In this document: piece by piece, positions 24,401-36,400 of the stretch | How positions within the stretch are numbered: the stretch's first letter is position 1 | Layout: each line of letters begins with the position of its first letter | Source of the DNA: Squalus acanthias | Lineage: Eukaryota | Direction of reading: 5' to 3' | DNA length: 64,000 nt | Assembly (NCBI GenBank): GCA_030390025.1 | Contig: CM059432.1 | Coordinates: 127,040,001-127,104,000, forward strand | Notes under the pieces: generated by a model | Databases searched by the model: none | The model's input: the letters and a program-made list of their open reading frames with translations, nothing else | What the model was told of the DNA's origin: nothing | Translations under genes and position numbers: made by a program

Positions 24401-27400
24401 GCTCTTATCTATATAACAAATTTATTATAAAAGCAGCTAATCGGGTACTACAACAACAACTTGCATTTATCTAGCACCTTTAACGTAGTGAAACTTTCCG
24501 AGGCGCTTCACAGGAGTGTTATCAAACAGAATTTGACACTGAGCCACACAAGGAGATTTTAAGACCGCTGACCAAAAGCTTGGACAAAAGGGTAGGTTTT
24601 ACTGAGCGTCTTAAAGGAGGAGAGAAGCAGAGGCACTAAGGATTTAAAAAGACTACCACTGAACAAAAAAATGTTCTGACAAAAGGTCATCGACCTGAAA
24701 CGTTAACTCTGTTTCTCTCTCCACAGATGATGCCTGACCTGCTGAGTATTTCCAGCATTTTCTGTTCCTATTTAAGAAAATGTTCCCATTTCCTTTTTAA
24801 AAGGTCCACTATTAGGAACCAAGTGTAGCCAGAGGAATTTTAGAAATTCAAATAACATCGAAACTAAAACTGAAGTAATTCAAATTAGAGGAGACATATC
24901 ACTTCTTAGATGCACAGACAAGCATCCATTTTTGAAGAATCTAGTCACCAGGTTTTACAGGTAAAACATAGGTTTAGTTATACCGGTTTCATGACCTGTC
25001 CGGAGAACAGAAAGCAAGTCTTCTCAATTTGATATGATATATAGATTGTGTGGATGAAATGACAGCATCTTCTGTCTCTTGGCACAGACCTCAAATGCTC
25101 AACACCCATGTGCAGTTGCCAGGCATTAGCTCAGATAAGTTGTTCATGGCATTCCACAGCTTGCACTTCTGGGAGGCAGGTTTTGTGTAATTCCCAGTCA
25201 CAACCTTTTGTACAACAGGCTGGAGTACTATTGTCAGCACAGACACTGAGGTAGAAGACAAAATCATGGGTGTTGTCCCAAATCTTTTTGAAGGAGTGCA
25301 ATCATATAGGGGAGAAAAACCACAGTCCCCACCCCCATCCTTAAGAATGAAGACAAAAAAGATAGGGCTCTACAAACCTAGGCTCAATATTAAATAATCG
25401 ATTACTTGCCTTTTGCTGTAGTGGTGATAGTTACAGTGACTCAAATTTTAAACTGCAACACTCGCTCGCAGAACTCATTCGTGCTGCAAGCCGTGTTTGT
25501 GCCGAGATCTGCCATGGTACTGAGTTTCCCAGGAAGATGCAGAACTATCAATTTGCAAAACGGCCTATTGTACAACACCTGTTCATATTCCAAGAAGTCA
25601 AAGGACTTCACACTCAACACACTGAGGTAATGGTCCAACAATTTGCAGATCAACTCAGCTACTTTCAGGGGTTGAAATCATATTCAGTCAGGAATGTAGC
25701 CAAAGCAAATAGAAGGCATGATCATTGTAACCCACCATCTTATCTAACATTGCATCACTGGGGGAGACTGTATACCCACAGGTAGTTAAACAACAGGAAA
25801 AGCATGCCCAGGTTGCTTAGTGGGTAAACATATCACCCATTATGATCCTAAGCCATACAAAGCAAGAGATTCCAGGTTCAATCTCAGCCAAAATAGTAGC
25901 TAGAATGCTACAACTGGCCTCAGAACCTCTAGGTGGAAAGAAATCTGTCAGGGCTCCTATTCCCGATCACCAGCACTGATCTCTGCTAGAAAATGCATGC
26001 GTGTGGATATCAGGTAAGAACAGAAATGGCCCAGCTGTGACATCCCTCAGTCAAATTGCCTGCAGGCACTCACTGCTTAGACTCGCACATGAAGATTGGT
26101 CACTTGGGAAAGGTACCAGAATACTCCGACATCTCTGAGAAATGTGCATCAGAGCCTTCAGGGGCCATAGAATGAGGGCGGGAAAAGTTTGCCAAGCACT
26201 GCACTGGAGAATCAGGTTTTCTGCAGACTCAGGCACTAGACACTAATTATTTTTACTGCATGTAACTACTAACTATGAAAGCATGCCAACTTCCCTGCTG
26301 TAGATTGGAACGTAACTGCTATGTAGGCATCTAGGAAGTTAAATTACACTTCTATTCAAGACCTGTCTTAGTGTGGTATCTGGCTCACTCTTCTGGCTTT
26401 CTTTCGTGAACAGTAAGTCAGTAAATCTTCCAGGTAACATTTGTATTTACGCAAGGTATAAATATTTTACCAGAGAGTCTACTCTAAGCACTTACAGTAA
26501 TTTATAACTACATCATTTCAGTCGTCCACTGGTAATTTTCAGACCAGAATATCGAGAAGGTTTGGGTTTTAAAAATGTACAACACAAGCCAAGATTAAGT
26601 ATCCTTTTATCCAGAGGTCGACTATGCTCTGTAAAACATTAAATGTTCTCATCTAGAGGCAGCACAGCAATTCATATAATTTTACTTTACAAGTGGAAAC
26701 AAGGTTTTGGGAAATTATTTTATGCAAAAGAACTTAATATCCACTGACAAAGAAGTGGAAAACATCTACAAAAATGATGCAAGTACATGCATGGCAAATG
26801 TTTAGAGGGTCCTGGTTTTGTAAAACACCGTTTGGTAGGGTTTGTCTTTTCATTTTAAATCGTAATTCTGAGGGGGAAGATGGAGACCTCTTCTGGTGAC
26901 ACCGCTCCTCAAGACAAACAAATCCATTCATGCCCATATTCAAAGGCAGCCCACGATTTAAAGGAACAAGCTATTACCCAGCTTTTGGTTAAGATCTAGT
27001 AGAATTTAGTTGGTAACTTCTTGAACAGAGAATGCTAGAGTGTATTAATGGTTTTACAAAGAAATATACTGTTCAATCACACAGCACCAGAATGCAGGAA
27101 GAGAATATTCCAGTTCTATGTTAAACAATCTATACTACATATTTTGGTTAGCTTTACACACTTACTTGGCACTGGGATGGTTACGTGCAATTTTCAGAAG
27201 TTCAGCATCGTTATCACAACTCATGACATTTATTCCCTTTTTGGCTGCATACTTAATCTGGGAGACTTGCTTGCATGGGTTTGTGTAGATGATATTTTCA
27301 GATGTTACACCCAAGCTTTGCACAAGAGTTATTTCATTCTGTGTGAGGAAATACATAAGTTTTCAGATATATGAGCTTATATGCTCCAATTCTCTACATA

Positions 27401-30400
27401 ATTTTAGTTAAGAATTTAAAGAACATTACTGAACTATGGAATGCATAGATCTCTAGAATTAATGCAAAAGAACAGAAATATAGACTATCGCAACTGTCAC
27501 CTTGTTTGCACAAGCAAAACCAGTTCCAAGAGCTGCCAGAACTTCAATTACAGATTGACTGCTGTTACACTTAACAGTGTAAAATGGTTTCACGTGTGTC
27601 ATCACATTCTGCCATCGAATGTTCTTCTTCACAACATTCCCAAGATCAGCAACAAAGAAGGCATTCCTTTCAGTTTGCTATAATTGAGAGATTAGAAACA
27701 TATTTAGTGTCTAATTAAAATTAGAAAGAACTGTACACTAATCTGGCTTTAGTTACCTCAAACATTACTCTTCATGGTTACTGTTCAGAACAGTGACAAC
27801 AGAAATAAAGCTCTCTGATGGCTCAACTGGTTAATGCAATGAGTAGCTCAGCCATAAACAGGAAGATCCCAGCAAGGTTTGATTCCCAATCTGTGCTGAG
27901 TCAGTTGGTTTTGGCTGGCCAACTTAGTGCTATCCAGCAACCCTGTGGAAATGAGTATGTGAACGCCGAATGAGGACAGGACCCTGCTTGAACTGTGATG
28001 CTCCCAGCAGTCAAATAGCATACCAACATTCACAGAAAAGCAAGTGGAGGTTTACACATTATAGTTCTTCCAATTAGGAAGCCTTAAAGGGCAGCCAGTT
28101 AATTTTTCAGATACACAGCTCCCAGTCCAGAGTTTCACTCGACAGTAGTGCGAGTCAGGCAACCAAGCATGGAGGTCAGCGTGTCCAATTTATGGCGCTC
28201 CCAATTATCTGTCCATTAATAATGCACCAAGAATAGTGTCTCCAAATATTTACCCTTCTATCCAAGGATGGAGAAGAAAACAAAATCGACAGAAAAGGGA
28301 AGTTTGTTTAAAACCTCATAACATGGACATAGGCAATGAGGTGAAATTACTAGTTCGGAGTAGAAAACTGGAATAATATGCATGTTCTCAATTAATGAGC
28401 TTGGGTACAAAGTATTATCGAACAAGGTTTGAGTTCAAGAATCAAATTAAGCCCAAATCCACTTCTGAAAATAACAGTTATCATCTACACAAACATATTT
28501 TAATTGTTAAAAGTATAAATAATACAAATTTACCTTTAAAGACTTCCACTTGTTCGGCAGGTAATAAAACATTATTCTTAAACTGTCAATTAAAAATTTA
28601 TTTTGATTGGAAAGGTTTAGAAGTTGAGGCAACATACTATTCTTCATGGAAAAGTTCTCACAAGTGCAGCAGCTGAACAAATCTAAATATATCAAATTAG
28701 TATGTCACTCGATTGTCTAGACATATGACCCTTAATGCACAAGTTTCTACAACAGTTGCATAAAAATATCCTAAATTGAAACAACTTTAAATGGGTGAAC
28801 ACATTAAAATGTTTGCTTCAATAAGCCGTATTTTTCATGGATGTGCAGTTTTCAGAATGGCTGGGGCGGGGAGTTATATGCCAATAAAGGTGACAAATTC
28901 TCCAATTAGACACAGTGGATTTAGAAACGTCTCATCTTTTACTGGCAGTATGTAAAGTTCCAATCATCACAGGCATATTTTTTTTTTTTATAAATCACTT
29001 CTACAAATCAGCATAACAATATAAATGATATTGTTTCTGCAGCACCAGGAATGGAAGTCTACATTTCAGATCTGCTTCAGTAAACATATTGGCAATATAA
29101 ATCCACCATTAGATTCTATTACAGAAACAGCAAAGGACCTTAAGGTTTCTTGGAATTTAAACACAAATGTCATCTGTGCATTAAAATGGCTAAAATGACA
29201 AGATCTGACCAAGGAGCTCTTTAAACCTGAATTCAGAACCTTCCTCCTCCCCTCCCACCCACCCACAAATGCCCGACCAAAGAACTATAAAGCACAGAAG
29301 GTGACCGGGAGGAGCGGACCTGGAGGGAGCACAGTGAGAGCAGAGCAGTTAAAAGGAGCAGGCCTGAGACCGGAAGGAGCGGACCTGGAGGGAGCACAGC
29401 GAGAGCAGAGCAGTTAAAAGGAGCGGCAGCAACTCAACAGAGGCAGTTTTTGAAAAAGTGATGTCAGAGTAAAAAAGTGACATCGGCACAAGGGAAGGAG
29501 CTGATTGGTGAGTAGCTGGTGAGTGTTTTTTGTTAAGCTTTAAGTTTTTTCTGCTGGGTTAGTTCTTAGTCTATTAAAAAGAGGTATGGCAGGGCAGCTC
29601 AGTCCCGTGGAGTGCACATCCTGTGCTATGTGGGAAGTGTCGCCAGCTACAGCAACTCGAGCTCCGAGTTTCGGAGCTTGTGCGGCGGCTGGAGTCACTG
29701 CGGTGCATCCGCGAGGCTGAGTTACGTGGATAGCACGTTTCTAAAGGTGGTCACCCCCGCAGCTTAAGAGTGTGCAGGCAGAGAGGGAATGGGTGACCGA
29801 CTGCCAGACAGAAGAGGACCACCAGGCAGGTAGTGTAGGAGTCCCCAGTGTGCATCGTGCTCTCCAACCAGTATTCTGTTCCGAGTACTGGTGACGGCAA
29901 TGGTTCCTCTGGGGAGTGCATCCAGAGTCAAGACTACGGCACCACGGGTGGCTCAGCTGCACAGGGGGGAGGAAAAAGAGTGGAAGAGCAATAGTGGTAG
30001 GGGATTCGATAGTTAGGGGAGCAGACAGGCGTTTCTGCGGCCATAGACGTGACTCCAGGATGGTATGTTGCCTCCCTGGTGCCAGGGTCAAGGATGTCAC
30101 TGAGCGGCTGCAGAACATTGAGGGGGAGGGTAAATAGCCAGAGGTCGTGGTCCATATCCGTAACAACGACATGGATAGAAAGAGGGATGAGGTCCTGCAG
30201 GCAGATTTTAGGGAGCTAGGAAAGAGATTAACAAACAGGACCTCAAAGGTAGTAATCTCTGGATTACTCCTGGCGCCACGTGCTAGTGAGTACAGGAATA
30301 GGAGGATAGAACAGATGAATTTGTGGCTGGAGAGATGGTGCCGGAGTGAGGGATTTAGATTCCTGAGGCGTTGGGACCGTTTCTGGGGAAGGTGGGACCT

Positions 30401-33400
30401 GTACAAGCCGGACGGGTTACACCTCAACAGAGCCGGGACCAATATTCTCGCGGGGAGGTTTGTTAGTGCTGTTGGGGAGGGTTTAAACTAGCTTGGCAGG
30501 GGGATGGGCACCAGCATATAGGAGTAGAAAAGAGGAATAAGGTGCATAAAAGAGTGTGTTGGATAGTACTAGAGGCGGTAGTAGTACCATATTAGATAGG
30601 AGCAAACTAAAAAAAGACTACGAAAAATTCAAAAATCGGTTTAGAATGCATGTACGTAAACGCACAAAGTGTGGTGAAATAAGGTTGGCGAGCTACAAGC
30701 ACAATTAGCTGTGTGGCAATAACGGAAACGTCGCTTAAAAACGGTGAGGACTGAACACTTAGGGCTGGATTTTCATTGACCCGTGGAGGCGGGTCTGGAG
30801 GCGTGTGGGCGGTTAAAATTGCGAAAACTGGCGGGCGGGCACAAGTCCACCTCCATGCAATTTTCATTAAATCGTGTCTGCTGGTCCCGACTCCGTCCCG
30901 CTCTAAGAGGCGGGATAGGCTGTTAAGGCCCTTAACAAGCACTAAATTGCCTCTATAATGCAATTTTGAAAGGCCTTTGTGATTTTAACCCTTTTTCTAC
31001 GTGAAGTACGCCTGTTCTGAACCACGAATGTGCAGGCGGGCTGGCTGGCTATGTAGATGGATGTATATATGGATGGATGGAGAGGAGACATATCTGGGAG
31101 CGGTGGTGTAAAAATATCTGGGAGCAGACTTAGGGCTGCTGCTCATTTTGCAGGTCCTCTCACAGCAAAGGCCAGGCAGTCTTTGAAGACCTTCAATGCA
31201 GCAGCAATGATGACATCATCAGAGGCGACTTTCAGACTGAAAACACTAATTGGTTCATGGGTTCCCACATGCTGGAACTCAATTGCCCAATTAGGTGAAA
31301 ATTGCATCAATCTCCCACATCCAATTGCAGTCGGGTGGATAACACGAAAAGTGGATGACACGACCCCAACCCGCCCCAGTATCAAAATCCAGCCCTTAGT
31401 ATTCAAGGGTACAAGGTGTTCAGAAAAGATAGGGAAGGAAAAAAGGGAGGTGGGATGGCAGTGCTGATTAAGGAAGACATTGTAGTGTTGGAAAGGGAGG
31501 ATGTTCTTGAGGGGACAAGGACAGAATCCATTTGGTTAGAGTTGAGTAGCAAAAAGGGTATGATCATGCTATTGGGGGTATTCTATAGGCTCTAAATAGT
31601 GAGGGGGAGATAGAGGAGCAAATCTGCAGGGAAATCACAGAGATATGCAAGAGCTATAGAGTGGTGATATTGGGGGATTTATGATCTTGGGCTTCATAAA
31701 TAGAGGTCTTGAGTACAAAAGTAGAGAAGTTATGCTGAATCTTTATAAAGCGCTGGTTAGGCCACAACTGGAGTACTGCGTCCAGTTCTGGTCACCTCAC
31801 TTTAGGAAGGATGTGAAGGCCCTCGAGAGGGTGCAGAGATTTACCAGAATGATTCCGGGGATGGGGGATCTTAGCTACAAGGACAGGTTGGAGAAGTTGG
31901 ATTTGTTTTCATTAGAGCAAAGGAGGTTGAGGGATGATTTGAGAGGTGTACAAGATTATGACTGGTTTGGATCGGCTCGATGGGGAAAGGCTGTTCCCAC
32001 CAGTTGATGGTACAAGGACTAGGGGACACAGATTTACTGTTTTGGGCAAGAAATACAGGGGGGATGTGAGGAAAAACTTTTTTACACAGCGAGTGGAATT
32101 CGCTGCCGACGGAAGTGGTGGAAGCGGAGACAATCAATGTTTTCAAGGGGAGACTGGATAGGTACTTGAGGGAAATAAACTTGCAGGGCTACGGGGATAG
32201 AGCGGGGTTATGGGACTGACTGGATTGCTCTACAGAGAGCTGGCACGGACTCGATGGGCCAAATGGCCTCTTTCTGTGCCGTTATGACTATGACAGAAGG
32301 AAGCCATTCAGTCCTTCGTGTCTACGCTGGCAATCCAGAACACCACTTGATCCCCATGTATCTTCCTCGGTTTCAAACATTTATCCAATTTACCCTTAAA
32401 AGATGCAATGGTCTCTGTCTCACTCACTCACTGTAGCAAAGCATTCCATGCTCCAACAACCCATTGAGTAAAAACATTTCCTTTAATCTCTCTCCTCACT
32501 CGGTGATAATTTTAAATTAATGACCCCCTCGTCATTGACTCTCGAACCAGAGAAAATAGTCTTGGCTCGTCACCAGTCATTATTTTATAAGTCTTCATCA
32601 AATTTCCTCAGCCTTCTCTGCTCCTGTGGAAATAGTCCAAGTATCTCAGGTTCTATAGTTTCTTATACGATAGCAAAATACTGCGGATGCTGGAAATCCG
32701 AAATAACAACAGAAAACGCTGGAAAAACTCAGCAGGCCAGGCAGCATCCGTGGAGAGAGAAAGAGAGTTAACGTTTCAGGTCGATGACCTTTCATCTATA
32801 GTTTCTTATCCCTGGTTGACACTATACGCTCTCTTACGGCTTTAATGTTGCATTATAACGGGACATCCAAAACAATAAACTAACTGTGGTCGAACCAATG
32901 TTTTGTACAAATTTATTACGTCTTCATTTTTGTACTCCATGACTATTTATAAAACCCAAAATGCTGTTTGTCTTTTTTTTTTATAGCTTTATCTATCTGC
33001 ATTCACATTTTCAGGGACTTGCATATTTAAACTTCTAGGTCTTCCTGTTCATTCACAACCTTTGGTATTGGTTTCTCCCAAAAAGTATTACCTCACACTT
33101 AATTGCAGCTGTTACCTGTCTTTCCAGTTTGCTAATCTGTCATCCTCAAGTTTTTTTTTAAAAACAGGCCTTCTCACTCTTTGCCAAATCCCAACTGCAG
33201 GAAGCAAATTTCGAGATTGCACTCCGTGGTTAATCAGCCTTGCAGGCTCTCAATTCAGTGCACAAATTATGCACGGGTGTTGTTTGCAACAATGGAAGGT
33301 AGCAATTATCCACACGGTCTTGACAAGTACTAATCTTTAAAAGATACTTGTTGCAGTGCCCCAACAGTGCAGACAAGAGTGCTCAGCTCTCAGATCACCA

Positions 33401-36400
33401 AATTCAGAACAGTGAAATACTCTTGCCATGGAGACTGTGAGCTACATAGAGTTCCTTTTGTTCAAGTCTAGTTCCACATGTCTGAGATTCTTAAAATAGT
33501 AACGATTAGCCGATCGGCTACACTGTGCTACTCAGCACCAGTTAAAAACAATGAGCTGTGATATTTGGAGGGTTTATTTACTGTTACTGGATCTTGGCAT
33601 ACTGATAATGGTCGTCTTTGACTTGTCCAAGTCTGACCTGTGCATTTGCCCACGAGAAGATTATATACCCTGAAATTAGACAGGGTTTCTGAGCCCTGGG
33701 GTTCTTTGGTCTCGACAGCAACACCTATACTATCCTTAAACTCATTCTGTGCTAATTTGGTTCTGTTTCTTCCAATGAACAAATTAAGCAGTTTGCATAC
33801 TATGGAAATGCAACTGCCATATTATACCAGCCAGTGACCAGGAAGATCCAATGACTGTAAGATTCTATGAATGTAACTGTGCAGAAGGAGGCCATTCAGC
33901 CCATTGTGCCTGTGCTGGATCTTTGAAAGAGCTATCCAATTAGTCCCATTCCCCTGCTCTGCCTATATCTCTGCAATTTTTTCCTTTTCAAGTATATATC
34001 CAATTCCTTTTTGAAAGTTACGATTGAGGCTGCTTCCACCACCCTTTCAGGCAATGCATTTCAGATCATAACTCACTGCATTAAAAAAATTCCCCTCATC
34101 TCCCCTTTGGTCTTTTGCCAATTATCTTAAATCTGTGTCCTCTGGTTACATAAAAACATAAGAAATAGGAACAGGAGTAGGCCATTTGGCCCTTCAAGCC
34201 TGCTCTGCCATTCATTAAGATCATGGCTGATCTTCGACCTCATCGCCACTTTCCACTATCACCATATCCCTTGATTCCCTTAATATTCAAAAATCTATCG
34301 ATCTCTGTCTTGAACATACTCAACGACTGAACCTCCACAGGCCTCTGGGGTAGAGAATTCCAAAGATTCACCACCCTCTGAGTGAAGAAATTTCTCCTCA
34401 GCTCAGTCCTAAATGGCCATCCCCTTATTCTGAGACTGTGACCCCTGGTTCTAGACTCCCCAGCCAGGGAAAACATCCACCCTGCATCTACCCTGTCAAG
34501 CCCTGTAGAATTTTGTATGTTTCAATGAGATCACCTCTCATTCTTCTAAATTCTAGAGAATATAGGCCTAGTCTACTCAATCTCTCCTCATAGGACAAGC
34601 CCCCCATCCCAGGAATCAGTCTGGTGAACCTTCGTTGCACTCCCTCTATGGCAAATATATCCTTCCTTAAGTAAGGAGACCAAAATTGTACACAATACTA
34701 CAGGTGTGGTCTCACCAGGGCCCTATATAATTGCAGTAAGACGTCTTTACTCTTATACCCAAATCCTCTTGTAAGAAAGGCCAACATACCATTTGCATTC
34801 CTAATTGCTTGCTGTACCTGCATGTTAACTTTGTGACTCGTGTACAAGGACACCCAGGTCCCTCTGAACACCAACATTTCCCAATCTCTCACCATTTAAA
34901 AATACTCTGCTTTTCTATTTTTCCTACCAAAGTGGATAACTTCACATTTCTTCACATTATATTCCATTTGCCATGTTCTTGCCCACTCACTTAGCCTGTC
35001 TATATCCCCTTGAAGCCTCCTTGTATCCCCCTCACAACTTACATTCCCACCCAGCTTTGTATCATCAGCAAACTTGGATATATTACATTTGGTCCCCTCA
35101 TCCAAATCATTGATAGAGATTGTAAATAGCTGAGGCCCAAGCACTGATCCTTGTGGTACCCCACTAGTTACAGCCTACCAACCCGAAAATGACCCGTTTA
35201 TTCCTACTCTCTGTTTTCTGTCCGTTAACCAATCCTCAATCCATGCTCATATTACCCCCAATCCCATGAGCCCTCATTTTGTTTAATAACCTCTTGTGTG
35301 GCACCTTATCGAATGCCTTTTGAAAATCCAAATACACCACATCCACTGGCTCCCCCTCAACTATTCTGCTAATTACAACCTCAAAAAACTAACAGATTTG
35401 TCAAACATGATTTCCCTTTCATAAATCCGTGTTGACTCTGCCCAATCCTATTATTATTTTGTAAGTGCCCTGTTACCACATCCTAATAGATTCTAGCATT
35501 TTCCCTACTATTGATGTCCGGCTAACTGGTCTATAGTTCCCTGTTTTCTCTCTCCCTCCCTTCTTAAATAGTGGGGTTACATTTGCTACTTTCCAATCCG
35601 CAGGAACCGTTCTGGAATCTATGGAATTTTGGAAAATGACAACCAATGCATCCACTATCTCTATAGCCACCTCTTTCAAAACCCTAGGATGTAGGCCATC
35701 AAGTCCAGGGGACTTTATCAGCTTTCAGTCCCATTAATTTGTCCAGTACTATTTTTTTTTTTACTAATACTAAATTTCTTTCAGTTCCTCATTCTTGCTA
35801 AACCCTTGGTTCGCCACTATTTCTGGGAACATTTTTGCGTCTTTTTCCGTGAAGACAGACACAAAGGTGGCGATTTTGCCAATGGGGGCACGTTGGAGGC
35901 GGGACTGCTGCTTGTCAGGTTGTTGTCCCGCCTCCATCGACTTGTGGCCAACCCACGCTATTTTCCCTTGATTGACCTTGTTCAGCCTGCCCAGTGGGCT
36001 TAGCAGGCCAATTAAGGAGAAGCTGGTTACAGAGAACCTCAGCGCATGACGTTTCATCTGTCAAAAATTTTTAACAGCTGAATTGTCATCGTTTGACAGC
36101 TCTGTGAAGCTGTCAAACACTGACATTCTATGTTGTTTGATGAGTCCTTGTATTCAAGACTCATCAAACCTCTTTCTTTAGCAGAAATTAGATGGTTGTT
36201 GCATCGGAGAATGCAGCAGCCATCTGTCATCTCTGCCGGTGAAATGCGAGAGTCTCCGGATCCCCAACTGTTGAAGCCTGCAGAAAGAAACAAACGTAAG
36301 TAAACATTTACTATCACTTTTCACTCACCTCACATACTTACCTCTCCAGAGTTGCACCCATCGCTTACCTTTACAGCGCACTTTTGCACCCCTCCGACCC

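Noticed and set aside
29741..30442. 233-aa minus-strand ORF
   Set aside because: Antisense shadow of CR1 ORF1; the same shadow appears at 51293-51640
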